From the human T2T-CHM13v2.0 reference genome, Homo sapiens: a stretch of 64,000 nt of DNA. Numbering within the stretch: the first letter of the stretch is position 1; the number at the start of each line of letters is the position of its first letter. A program made the position numbers and the translations under genes. A model generated the notes under the pieces. It had not been told where the DNA came from, made no database searches, and was given only the letters and a program-made list of their open reading frames with translations. The stretch lies in assembly GCF_009914755.1 (NCBI RefSeq), contig NC_060925.1; one strand, 5' to 3'. Shown here piece by piece: positions 18,333 through 31,600 of this stretch.

Positions 18333-19683
18333 GAGCCTCATGCCAACTACCCTGTTGGACCCATCTGGAACCATCTCCACCCACCAAACAGCAACACCAA
18401 TGGCACTGACAGTCCCAGGAGCTTATGAATTCCACAGACAAGGGAGATGTGAAATGCCCTCCTATAGCACAGACACACTCTCTCCTAACACCCTTTCACC
18501 TTTCTCTCCTCTCCCAAGCTGAGTAGACTATATTCCTTAATTACTTTTTACAAACTTCCCCCAATCCACAGCTCCAAACACTTCAGCCCTCTTCCTCCCT
18601 CTCCAGTATGGGGGGCCAGAGGTAGGTCTACACGAGGGATTTGACTGAGACATCTAAGTTCCCCAGCACACACTTTTTGGCCAGTCACCCTCTGCTAACA
18701 AACAAGGCGTGCTGAAAGCTGAATGATAGGTACAGAACCCTCAGATGGTCGTATCCCCCACTCTTTGCCATAAAGCTGTTCTCTCTCAGAGAAGGACACA
18801 CAATTCAAGGGATAACTGAAGATCCAGCCCTGAATCCATCAGAAAAATGACTCCTGCACTGATAAATAAATGATGAGAGTTTCATGGAAGTTACAATGTG
18901 AGAGCTGCACAATTTCCTCATGAATTTAATTCTGTATTCTTTCTGCGCTTATTCCTTTCCCTTTAAAAGAACATTCCCATGCACTTCCTCTGTTTTCAAG
19001 TAAGCATAGTTAACCTCTGACTGTTTATGTTCCGGTGACAGCATTGAGGATCAGGAATGCTGCCGGCCATGGGCTCCAGCCGTCGGCACAGAACAGGGAA
19101 TTAAGAATAAGTGGTGAAAAGAGAGCCATCAGAAGATGAGATGGTACAAGAAGAAAATATTCTTCATCTTGGACAACTAATTCCATTGAGCAAGACAGTA
19201 ATTTTCTAGGGCCTGCCAGAGCTTTAAATTCTACTTTTCAAATTATCCCCTAGCAGATCAATTCCCAGCCTGGGTCATTTTTCTGAAGAGCTGTTCTGTT
19301 AGTGTGCTTCCATAATGACAATGATCAGCCCCCTCAAATAACATATCCATTAAGGAGTGGGCTGGTGTAGGTGTTAGGGAAGCAGAGTGGAAAATCATTT
19401 GCATGCAGGCCCATTCAAATAATCTTATCCTAGGAACCAGTGTTCTCAAAGTCCAAACCTATTTCCTCCCCATTCTTCATATTCTGCTCACGCATGAGAA
19501 CTAAGTAGTCACAGCTTGGAGAAGAGAAAAGAGTTCACAGAATGATTCCAATATGTTTGTTTTTGGGGGGAGTGGGAGGAGAAGAAAACATTCCATTTTA
19601 ATCAGCCCTCAGAAGTGGCATCCTTTAGCAGTTCTTCCTAAATTTAATTCAGAGTGGAGCACTTATATATAAGAGATAGCCTT

Positions 19684-20111
19684 TGTGATGGTTCATTTTA
19701 TATGCCAGTTTGACTGGGCCACAGGGTACTCAGACATCAATCAAACATGATTCTAGGGGTATGTGTGAGGGTGTTTCTGGATGAGATGAACATTTGAATT
19801 GGTAGACTGAGACAAGCAGATTACCCTCCCTAAGGTGGGTGGGCCTCATCCAATTTGTCCAATGCCTGAATAGAACAAATAGCTGAGTAAGGGAGAATTC
19901 TCTTCTCTCTGCCTGACTGTCTTCAAGGACGTGGATCTTCTCCTGCCTTTGGACTTGAGCAGACAGGAAATTACATCATTGGCTCTCCTGGGTCTCAGGC
20001 CTTTAGACTTAAGCTGGAACTATACTACTGGCTCTCCTGGGTCTCCAAGGAGATACCTATCTATCTGTCCTCCTGCTGGTTCTGTTTCTCTGGAGAACCC
20101 AGACTCATACA
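19684..20111 (+). mobile_element. ERVL solo LTR (MLT2B/C/D-like)
   Basis: TGTGATGGTTCATTTTATATG...GGTTCTGTTTCTCTGGAGAACCCAGACTCATACA; TSD GCCTT/GTCTT. Confidence 0.85.
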
Positions 20112-20585
20112 GTCTTCCTAAAAATACTAGAGTACTTTACAAATGTGAATGACACATATGCTGAATGTCCCTCCACCCAGAGGATGCTCTTTCTCTCTGG
20201 ATCCCTGAGTTCTGGTAAGCAGTCATCTAGTGGGGAAAGCACCTGGGTCCTGGGGTCAGAGCAGACCAGGGGCAGGGTCCTGGCCTGCAGTACCCCCTGG
20301 GGCTGACACACCCTCTCCATTACTGGCATCACCGTCACTGGCACCCATTTTCCTGCCCAGCATTTGTGACCTCAGGAACAAATCAGGAGGAGTATTGTAA
20401 TTTGGACTCTGGTTCTCAATGAAGGCTGAGATCCCCTCTTTCTTTTCTCCTAACCAAAAACTGTGTGAGTAACAGGGATTGAGAGTGCCCCTCTCTTCTC
20501 ATGCAAAGACACCCTCAGTTTCTTTATAAGGTCTTGACACTTCTGGTTTGGTTACTTTTGAGCCTGCTGAAACCTACCAGTTTTA

Positions 20586-21123
20586 CTGTGAGCAACATAA
20601 GAAGTCTTTAAAAAGAATCATAAAAATGAAAGAGGTGTGAAAAGCAATCTTTTGGGTTATTATAACTGAAAAGTCATATTCTAGAGAGGAAGAGTGTATC
20701 AAATGTAGCCAAATCAATTTAGAACTAAGGCTGGGTTTCCATTTCTCTGTAAACTGCTATATGAGGCTTTGGAGGAAGAAAAAGGATATACACACAAAAA
20801 TTGATTTTGTATGCACTGACTTAGTGAGAGGGTCCTGGGGCTAGTGAAAAAGGGCATCCCTGTGAAAGTTTAAACAGACGGATTTGCAAATGCTCACTGG
20901 AATCAAGACCAACCCCAAAAGCATGCCCATCCTCCATCCTGCAGTAGCACTATCAGTCTCACATGGTTGCCATTAAAGCCATTTTAGAGGTCATCTAGTT
21001 TGACCCCTTTGTCTCCCAGAGGAGGACACTGAGGCTGTGAACAACATAAGAAGTCTTTTAAAAGAATCATAAAAATGAAAGGTGTGAAAAGCAATCTTTG
21101 GGGTTATTCTAACTGAAAAATCA
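20586..21123. repeat. Dispersed ~90-bp direct duplication
   Basis: CTGTGA(G/A)CAACATAAGAAGTCTTT...AACTGAAAA(G/A)TCA at 20586-20676 and 21035-21123. Confidence 0.92.
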
Positions 21124-22062
21124 CTCTAACAGCTAATCACAGGGCTGGGACTAAACTCTGAGGCTTCTGACTTGCAGTCCAATGTTCTTGCTGTTGTCTC
21201 TACTTAGCCTTTTCCTACCATATTTCAGTTTGTGAATGACTCAGATCTTCATGATATTATATAAACTCTTTAGGGAAAGAACAGTTTAACATGTTTTTGA
21301 GTCCTTATATCTGTTAAAACAGGGCTGAGCAAATAGCAATGCTGGAATATTTAATGATTCAATAGAATACAATCCTCATGTTTCCCCCAAAGCCCACACC
21401 TCCCAGCACACAGTCTCAGTGTGATGGGGCCAGGGATCCTGACTTGTCACTTAAAACATCCCAGAATCCAGGCAGTCAGTTCTCAAACATCTATTGACCA
21501 CCGCATGGTCTGTACCACATTCCTGGGGATGAAAGGTATTCTTGGAGAGAACACAACCTAAGCCAGATATTGGTTTCATGAAACAGAGTTAGTTCTAGAG
21601 ACTGGAGTACACATTGCCCTCAGCAGTAAAATAAAGAGAGAAGGATGTGGTAAACTTGAAGAAGTCCCTTCTTGACCCACTTAAGAGCTTTTCCCCCCTT
21701 ACTTCTAAACATTCTCATCTAGCTTCCCACAGGCTGAGATCAGCCTTTTTCTCATCACCAGCAATGCAGGTAAACCACCCAACTGTTAAAATATCTCTGT
21801 GCATCAATAACCCTTTATGCTGAGGAGGGAATCTTTCCGTCTCATGAGAGGAAAAACTTCAAAAAACCTTGCCTATTTTTAAAGACAAAGTTTAGTCATC
21901 TGGGCATGTTAGTAAAGGATACGAACTAAAATGAACCGTGTCAGTTTCTGAGGATCTGTTGATGAGGGGCCTTTTAACCATCTCCTTACTGCCAACACAC
22001 ACCTCACCTTACACCACCTTGAGTTTCCCATCATCTCAAAATCCCTTGCTCTTAGAATGACC

Positions 22063-22457
22063 TGATATGGTTTGGCTCCGTGTCCCCACCCAAAATCTCA
22101 TGTTGAACTGTAATCTCCAGTGTTAGAGGTGGGGCCTGGTGGGAGATGATTGGAACATGGGGGTGGTTTCTAATGGTTTAGCACCATCCCCCTAGTGCTG
22201 TCTCCTGATACAGTTCTCACAAGTTGTTTAAAAGTGTGTGGCACCTTCCCCTTTGCTTTCTCTTCCTCCTGCTCCAGCCACGTAAGATGTGCCTGCTTCC
22301 CCTTCACCTTCCACCATGATTGTAAGTTTCCTGAGGCCTACCCAGAAGCAAAAGCCTGTACAGCCTGCAGAACCATGAGCACAATTAAACCTCTTTTCTT
22401 TATAAATTACCCAGTCTTATGTATGTCTTTATAGCAGTGTGAGAACAGACTAATACA
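22063..22457 (+). mobile_element. MaLR solo LTR (MSTA-like)
   Basis: TGATATGGTTTGGCTCCGTG...GAACAGACTAATACA; flanked by GACC on both sides. Confidence 0.9.
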
Positions 22458-23046
22458 GACCTTAACTCATAAATGAACATGTCCAGTGATAGCCTAACTT
22501 ATCCAGGGTAAGACAAATGCCCAGCAACTATTTGAGCTAATATTGTATCTAGACCAAGGCATCAGCACAACTGTACTTCAGGCTGGTCCGTGCCCTTGCC
22601 ACCAATGTCCATCCTGACATTGCTTCCAGGTGTGTGCCTGCACCAACAACAGATGGAGGACTCCTCCTGAGCCTGAGTCTAGAGAAGTTCTACATGTTCT
22701 GGAGATCCACCCTGAGCCAAGGTCAGGCTCAAACATTCTGAGGGCCCCCTGCCCCAATGATAGGTAGCTCAAGGACTGCCAAACATTTTCCAGAAAATGT
22801 TAGAAAGACTGACTAACCCGGACCCCAGGGCTGCCTGGGAATACCTCAACTGTCAAAGAGATGGAGCAGAAGAAAAGCACATCCAAACTAACCTGCCTCT
22901 GGAGGAGATGCCCGCGTGGGCCAGGAGAATAAGAGAAGGTCCCAGAACCAGCAAGCACTAGAAATAGCAGGAGATACAGACACACTGTGAAAATTACAAC
23001 TAACATTAATAAGGAAACGTGATTGCTTTATAAAAATTCATCACTT

Positions 23047-23288
23047 TGCTTAAGTCTAGGAGTTTCAGACCAGCCTCGGCAACACAACAAGACCACATCT
23101 CTAAAAAAACAAATAAATAAAATTAAAATTATCTGGGCATGGTGGTATGCTCCTATAGTCCTAGCTACTCAGGAGGCTGAAGTGGGAAGATCACTTGAGC
23201 CCAGGAGTTCGAGGCTATAGTGAGCTACGGTGTGATTGTGCCACTATACCCAAGCCTGGGCAACAGAGCAAGACCCTATCTCAAAAAC
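23047..23288 (+). mobile_element. 5'-truncated AluJ
   Basis: GATCACTTGAGCCCAGGAGTTCGAGGCT right arm plus partial left arm. Confidence 0.85.
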
Positions 23289-23585
23289 ACCCCCAAAATC
23301 ATTGATAACACATATGTCCATAAGAAGATCATTATTAAGTATTCCTTGACCTCTGTTCCAGCCTAAACAATCTCTGTTTGGGAAAACTTCAGCTCTTGGT
23401 TTTTAAAAAGAAAAGGGAAAGAGAGAAAATAATTTTAAAAAATAGATATGAAGAAAGAAAAATTATAATCTGTTTATATATTCACTCCATCAACAAACAG
23501 TGCTGGGCACTGGGGGAAGGAGCGGACAGGCATTCATTCAACCAACAATGGGAACCTGAGTCTTCCAAAGAGTGAGCTTACATCT

Positions 23586-23666
23586 AGGACATTCAATAGT
23601 TTTTGACCTGCAAATTGTGACCTTACAGGACATTCAATAGTTTTTGACCTGCAAATTGTGACCTTA
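23586..23666. repeat. Perfect 40-bp tandem duplication (period 41)
   Basis: AGGACATTCAATAGTTTTTGACCTGCAAATTGTGACCTTA at 23586-23625 and 23627-23666. Confidence 0.97.
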
Positions 23667-23672
23667 TAGTAG

Positions 23673-24542
23673 TATTGCAGGATCTGGCCAGCAGCCCGCA
23701 ATGCAATGGGGCTCTTTCCTTGTTCCCAGGTGGATCGGCAGGTCGAGAAATAATAGACATACACAAGATAGTGAAAGCTGGGTCCAGGAGGGTCACCACC
23801 TTCTGGTCCCATGAGCCGCCAATGTACTGGATATGCCAGCATTTATTATTAAGTTTAGTGAGGGCAGGGGAAGGTTAGTGAGGGATTTAGGGTCATTTGA
23901 TTATGAGGTGAGATGGTCACATGGGGATGAAGTAATTCTTTAACATAACATCTGTATGCAGTACAGTATACAGAGATAAGAATTTACAATATAGTGTGTG
24001 CATCAGTAATTTCTAACAGAGCCTTAAAACAGAAACACAGTCTTTCTATAACCTATGATTAGCAAGATATTAATCAGCAGTAACAGTTGCAGCAAAAGCT
24101 GGTTACAAACAATCCATAGAAACAGGATGTGAAGCTAGACAACCAGTTAGACTAGAAATTCTCAGAAGGGAGTATGTCTTAACCCTAAAGAGGCCTAGAA
24201 GAGCTGTGGCAAGATGAGGGCGTTTATAGGCCTGTCTTATCCATATGAACAGGCGCCCCTCATGCGTCCGTTTATAGGCTCTCCACAAGGGTCGCATTCC
24301 ATTCCCAGAGCTATGAACATCTGCTTTTCTGGGATAGGAATCTTGGTGATGTTAAACCTCCCTGACTTCAGGTCCGTTCACAGGCTCTCTGCAGGGGGAA
24401 GCACATCACATGCTGTTGGCTCATTCTGGCAGTCCAACCTGGCATTGTCTTTACACAATCCTGCATGCAATTTTGTATTTACAATAATCAGAAGCATTTC
24501 ATCTTTTATTCTGTAGCAATAGTTTCAGGGGGTCTCCCTACA
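23673..24542 (-). mobile_element. ERVK-class solo LTR, probably MER11D (HML-7)
   Basis: 870 bp; minus strand starts TGTAGGGAGACCCCCTGAAACTATTGC; 6-bp TSD TAGTAG at 23667-23672 and 24543-24548, a length typical of betaretroviral integrase. Subfamily name from recall. Confidence 0.8.
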
Positions 24543-24548
24543 TAGTAG

Positions 24549-24746
24549 GTCCTGAAATCAATTTTAAGGGTCTTGACCAGCACCCTTTAGAAATGAAGTG
24601 GAACAGAAAAGAAAAGTCCATACACACCCTGCATGGTAACGGTGAGTATTGTTTTGTGTGGTTTTACTAGTTTTATTTGTGCATACAGGCTAGTTTGCAA
24701 TGTATATTCCAGTGGGTCACAGTCAAAAAGGTTTGAAAAACACTAC
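24549..24746. mobile_element. hAT-Charlie MITE relic (MER112-like), interrupted by the LTR; its left end lies near 23630-23672
   Basis: GTCCTGAAATCAATTTTAAGGGTCTTGACCAGCA...GGGTCACAGTCAAAAAGGTTTGAAAAACACT. Confidence 0.5.
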
Positions 24747-24921
24747 TTTCAATACACTCCACCTTGTCATGATACTCAAAAACATACGTACTTTCAATAA
24801 TGTAGCTGGTGCTTATAGGCACAGGTTGTAGAGTGAGAATGTATACTTTGAATCCCGACTCTGCCATCCTCTAGCTGTGTAACTCTGGGTAAGTTCCTTA
24901 ACCTCTCTGTGTCTCAGGTTT

Positions 24922-24923
<2 letters not shown>

Positions 24924-24961
<38 letters not shown>
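24924..24961. repeat. (AT)19 microsatellite at the end of a MIR (~24830-24923)
   Basis: Uninterrupted AT run. Confidence 0.95.
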
Positions 24962-24963
<2 letters not shown>

Positions 24964-26553
24964 TATGTGATTAATATTCAACCAGTTCCCCGAAGAATGA
25001 AAACATATTGCTTCATACAGAGGCAATTCTCTAAATTCCTAGAGCCATGTTAATATCTGAAAATATTCAAGCCTATTCTTTCTCCTAACTTTTGCTAGAA
25101 TAAAGTGTCTTTGATGATTTTGATGATGACAATTGAACTTAGGAGCAATAACAAATATTTCTAAATAGAGTCCTTCTCTTGGCCACAAGGTCAAGCTATG
25201 AAACAGTTGATGGTAAGCCACAAACCTCTAGAGAATTAAAGTGATTTCTTCAAGAGCCAGGCTTGCAGGGAAAATCTAAGGGCCGGCAGCCTTTCATGCA
25301 CAGACAGCTCAGCTCTGGCCTTTGTTCTAAGAGACAGCAGCCAGCTCCTGAGGGAAGCTCTCCACTGGTCTCTTTGGGGGTGTGCAATCAAGCTTCAAAG
25401 AACCCCCTGATTTGGGCACAGGGAAGTGCATGTTTCTGGGCACCCATGAGACTAAGCAAAAGCAAAACCCAACCACCAAATGGGAACACCAAGGATTCTA
25501 AGATTTATGGGGAAAGAGCTCAGAGCAAAAAAGGAGGCTGAAGACAAATTTTCCAATAAGAGACAATACAAAAAATTCATCAAAGAAAATCAAAGGTTCC
25601 CAAATTAATTTTCTTGTTTGTGAATTTAGTGCTATGTCATTCCTTAATTCAGTGTATTGTCAGTCATATATTTAAGAGGTGGGAGGGGAAGCTGATTACT
25701 GTTTACCATTTATTAGGCAAAATAGATTTTTCACTGCAAAAGCAGTACCCCTTGGGAAATACAACAAAAGAAAACCAGAAAGCAAGACTGGGCTAGTTAG
25801 TATAGTCATACTTCTGCCATACAGCACGATATACTATTTATTATAGCAAATTTATACCAACAAGGCACACTTAAACCTAGTTTTTTGAAGACATGGGAAT
25901 GAGTTGGGGGATGCAGAATTCATCCATGTGGGCTAAAGGCTTAGTATGCAGATTCTATTACCCAGAAACTACATTGAACACTGCACTCATGATTGTAAAC
26001 ACAGTATCAACTCTGAATATTTGGATGCTAATCAAATTAGGTAACTCTTGCCTAGAAATAGTGAGAATGTTTTAATGTTTCAAGAAATATTCAGAGATGA
26101 ATATAAAGTCGGCTATGTCTGAACAAGTAAACGTCACAAAAATAAGTCTTAATAGCATAATTTAGACTTGATTAAAATGGATAAAGACCACAGATGTGGA
26201 AGTCATTGCAGTCCCCATTTGATGCCAGAACTGATATTTTCCCCTCTCTTGATTTAATTCGCTTTGATTACCCAATTATTCCTAAATCCTTTCACTCAGT
26301 TTCAGCTCCAATAAAACTGATAACAATGCTAACTCATAATGTGATTTTCACTCCAGTCTCATGAAACTGCTCTATAAAAGCATGCCCAGCAACTTCACAA
26401 AATTCTTCCAGATTGTGGTATTATATCATGGGAAAACAGAATAAACCTTCATCTATTCAAAATCAAGCAAGCACAGAAAACCACTCATCAGGAAAATCTG
26501 AGGATTCACTTCATCAACAGGAAGATGGTGGCAGGGAAGTCTTGCATTTGTAA

Positions 26554-26897
<344 letters not shown>

Positions 26898-27136
26898 TAA
26901 CTCATTAATATGGTCAAAGATGTGGCTCTTTTCTAAAGCACATCCTTATTAAGTATAATGAAAGCTACCTGTCTAGCTAACCCTGTGATGCTAGACAAGT
27001 AACTTGATCTTTCTGGGTGTTAATATCTTATCACTAAATGAGGCATATGGATGAGTTTTTTTTTTTGGGGGGGGGTGTCCCTTCCACTTCTAAATTCTAC
27101 AGTTTATAGTCTTTTCTTTTACAAATTATTTTAAGT

Positions 27137-27263
27137 ATTTTTATTTTATTTTTATAGAGACAGGATCTCAACAATTGCCTAGGCTGGTCTCTGACTCCTA
27201 GGTGGCTCCCTCCTTGGCCTCCCAAAGTGCTGGGATTACAGGCGTGAGCCACCACATCCAGCC
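27137..27263 (-). mobile_element. FLAM / free left Alu monomer
   Basis: Single Alu arm preceded by a T-rich tail. Confidence 0.8.
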
Positions 27264-28234
27264 AGTCTCTTCTTGAAAAAACCTCCCAAAGCACAAGCAC
27301 TTAGACTGAAGCAGCCCAGAAGACAATGCATGGGGCAATCTCAACATGCCTATGGCTATTTGTTGTTTTTTATGAAATCAAATTTCCTTTCTTTTCTGTG
27401 AGCAACAGCTTTAGTGCAATACTAAAATACGTTTTCCACATGGATACAACTTCACAGTTTACAATGCGTTTTACATATACAATCTCATTTCATCCATACA
27501 ACAACCCCATGAGATCAATGACAGTTTGATAGGATTAGTTCTCACAGTTGCTTTATGAAAATCCAACTGTTAATAGTAACAACTTTCAAACACTCTTTTT
27601 TTAGTGATACTGAATATTCCTTCCCTTACATAGCTCATTTGTAAACTAGAGTCCAGATAGCATGTGAGGTTTTCAATCTCTATGCAGATTCTCAAGTGCC
27701 ACTGGGACTTTTGCGGGGGGATTGGAGATGGGGAGGAAGAACAAGACACTATGTGAAACAGAAGATACTATGGGAAATAGAAAGCGCTGGCTGACTCCAG
27801 ACAGTGTGTGCAAGAAGACTGTGTTCTTTCACTACCCGGGTTATCCACGGTGCTGGTGACAGGTGAACCTCAGTACATGCTTAGTCAAGCAACGAGATTA
27901 GGGCTCTGGGTTTTGTTGTTGTTGTCGTACTTTGTTTTTTTTAAAGATTAGCTTGAGGAAAATCTTGCTCCTATCACCTTTATAAATTTATCATGAAAAA
28001 CTTTCCCAGATGTTCTGGTAGCCACCAATTCTGTTCTTTCCCCCCATGCTGTCCTTGGACAACAACAGCTAATTATTGATCAGTTATTCGGATTTGTGCC
28101 AGCAAATCCTTTATCTGAATATAGTGGGATAACTTACTTAAATAGTAATTTATTTTAAATACAAAGTGTTTTCATCTTTTTTTAAGGCTATTTAAGTCAA
28201 ATGGGATTTTTATAAGAATATTCTGAAAACTATG

Positions 28235-28655
28235 TGATATGGTTTGGATCTGTGTCCCCACCCAAGTCTCATGTTGAACTGTAATCCTCAGTGTTGGAGG
28301 TGGGGCCTGGTGGGAGGTGATTGGATCATGGGGTTGGATTTCTCATGAATGGTTCAGCACATCCCCTTGGTGCTGTTCTTGTGATAGTGAGTGAGTTCTC
28401 TTGAGATGTGGTTGTTTTAAAGTGTGTGGCACCTCCCCCACCCTCTTGTTCCTGCTCTTACCATGTGAGACACCTGCTTCCCCTTCACCTTCCACCATGA
28501 TTGTAAGGTCCCTGACGCCTCCCCAGAAGCCCAGCAGAGGCTAGCATCATGCTTCCTACACAGCCTGCAGACCCGTAAGCTAATAAAACCTCTTTCCTTA
28601 TAAATTACCCAGTCTCAGGTATTTCTTTATAACAATGTGAGAATGGCCTAATACA
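28235..28655 (+). mobile_element. MaLR solo LTR (MSTA/MSTB-like)
   Basis: TGATATGGTTTGGATCTGTGTCCCCACCC...GCCTAATACA. Confidence 0.9.
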
Positions 28656-31600
28656 TTAAGAAATAATATATAAGCATATATAAGCTGAAACTGTTCAGGA
28701 ATAACAAAATTACAGAATGTTATTGCTGGATAAAAATCTTAGAATTTACTGAAATAATTTCCCTCATTTTATAGTAGAGAAATTTGAGACCAAAAAATGT
28801 AAACAACTGTGCCAGCTCCCACAGCTCTGAGTGACAAGAGGGAGTAGAACCTGGGAGCCAGATCTCTAATCTGGGTTTCCTTCTATTCTGAGGGCAGCAA
28901 AACAATCCTCTGAGGTGGGCCTGCAATACTTTGGCCCCTACTACTGGAATGGCATCTTGACCTGATGGCACTTGTACTTCAGACCACTACCAAAAGTTAT
29001 CTCCCAGAAAATCACAAAGACCATGAAATATGAAGAATTCCCTCTAAACAAGGATGAAACATAAAGGATTTACTTATAAGGATGACGATATGAACTCATC
29101 CAAAAAGACTTGTATAGAGTATGTCATTCTCTGACTATAAAAATTTGGGGAAACATTATTCTTCTGATGCAGAAAGAGAGTTGTTGTTTTTCTCCCTCTT
29201 CCAATCAACCATCTCTTAACAGGGTAAGACATAGAACAAAAACAAAAACACCTTGCTGTAACAAACCAACAGGGATTCAAAGTAAAATTACAGAGGTAGC
29301 ATAATTAAATATAAAGAGGTAGCCCAGTACACACCCCAACTATCTTGGAGATATCTGCACACCACTACACATGGATCAGCCTCATCCTTTTGAATGGCTG
29401 CAGATAAAAGGAGTGCACTTACACCCGCACTCTGCTGTCTACCTATTCATTATTGGTTACCTTTGTTAGCAGAAGAAAGCTTCTTCTGGGGGAAGCAGAA
29501 TGGAGGACAGAGACCCCGGAGAGCTTCTCCAGGGATAAGAGGGAAACAACAGGACCTCTCTAGGTTCTACTCGCAGGTCAGAGCACTGGGCTTGAAGTGG
29601 TGCTCAGGACTGGGGAGGGGCTACCGTGAGTAGGACTGAGTTCCTAAGGGGCAACCTGAGCCCTCTCACTATAGCAGTGCCCAAGATGCTGGCTAGATTA
29701 TATTTAATTTAGAGAAATACAGGAAGGTGACATTTCTTGTCTCATTCTCCAAACTAAGCATCAATCCTGGTGTGTAAGTTTGGTGTGAACAGGTATGAAT
29801 CCTGGTAGCAGCTATTCTAGAATGCCTGAGGCCTGGATGAAAGGCATTTCTGAGGACAAGATGCATTCCACCAGAAGACTAGTCTTTTTTAATAACATCC
29901 TGACATATCTTTGACTAGCAGAGACTTCTCTGATCTTATTTTGTCACTCATAAATCATGGATAATTTGGTTTCTCCTGTGTGACCTCTGTGCTTACAGGG
30001 TTCCACATCAAATCCACTGGAGTTGTGTCTCTGAGTTCTAACATCTGGTCTACACAAGAACTCCAGCACTGTGGCTGGACAGGACCACGGCGTGCCTGGG
30101 ACTGGCAGGTGGGCTTCACTGATGGCCCATTGGTGATAAGCTGGACCTGGACACTTTCAGGTGCAGGCCTGAAGGGGCTGCTCATTTTATCTTTTACTGA
30201 GTCCCATGGTCCTGGAGGGCCATTTCTCTCCCTAAGTTGGACAGCCCTGGGACAGTGCCTTTAACCAGACAGAGAGGTCAGTGATGTGGATGCTGCTCTG
30301 TGTGGAAGAACCAGCCTCTGAACCCAGTGCTGTGATTCTTATATAAGCACAGCTGTGATGCTATGACCTTGGGCTGCAGCAAGGATGTGGACTCCCTGCT
30401 ATCCCTCCACTGGAAAGCCTTATATAAAATCTCATAGCACGCTGATTCCCAAGCATGGTCAGACTTTCTCAGGAGCACCTGTACATGAGGCACCTGAGCC
30501 AAAACAATTCCTAACAGTCTATTCAGAAACCATTGAAACTATGTTTTTGAAGATTTGCTAATTATTAGTGTTAATGATTAAGGGACAATTCCCCATATAT
30601 ATGTTAACTAAACAACAACAATAAAAGAAATACAATACAAAAGTGTATACAGCATGATTCTTTTTTGAGGGAATACACAAAAAAGACGTGTGCACATGGA
30701 AAAAAATGAAAACAAATATACCTAAATATTAACCATGCTATTTAAGATTGAATGTTGATGGGTGATTTTTCTATTTTTCCTTACATATTTCTGTTTCTTC
30801 CAATTTTCTACAATGAACATTCATAATCAAGAAAAAAATGCTATTTAAAAAAATGAACTCTAATGGCACAGACTGTTAAATTGAGGGTAGGTCAGAAATG
30901 GCCCATGTGGCCCTCTATAGACACAGTCTCAAAGATTCAAAATGAAGCAGTGAGGTGCCTCTAGAGGCATGTGGCACAGAGGACTAGCTGTGTTTTGGTG
31001 GGTATTAAATTCCACAGAGGTACCTGCAAATAACATAATGTCCCTTTAGTGCCCCCCCTAAATCATCTCCCTGCCTGAGAAGTGGCGTTCACTCTGAGAT
31101 GCCCAAGACTCTGAAGGTCTGCAGTGCTGACATGTAGAATGTGCAGGTGTGCTTTATAGCTCTCCTCCCCAAGAAGGTAGCCTGTGTGCTGCAAATAAAT
31201 GGTGTTCACACTAGGCAGGTACCATGAGACAAGGAGAGAAATAACACAGATGGATGCCGAGGAAAAAGCAGTCGTCTGTTCAGGATTGATAATGAACCAT
31301 TACATCCTATCTGAAGCTACTTAATTTCCGAAACACTGTTTTATAAATATGCTGTCAATGGAGTTAGTTGGTTTGTGAAGAAAGGAAGTAAATCAGAAAT
31401 GGGTTGACGAAATACCACCAGTTCCCAAAACAAATATCTTTCTCTCTGGTTTTAGCCTGAACACTACCTGGAGGATAAAAGGAAATGCTACATATGATGT
31501 AAGTGCTCTCCAGGCAGCCTGTGCTGCTGCTGAACAGCTTTGCTTCCAAAATAATGATAATAATACTAATAATGACAATCACAGTCACTAAAGGGCAGGG

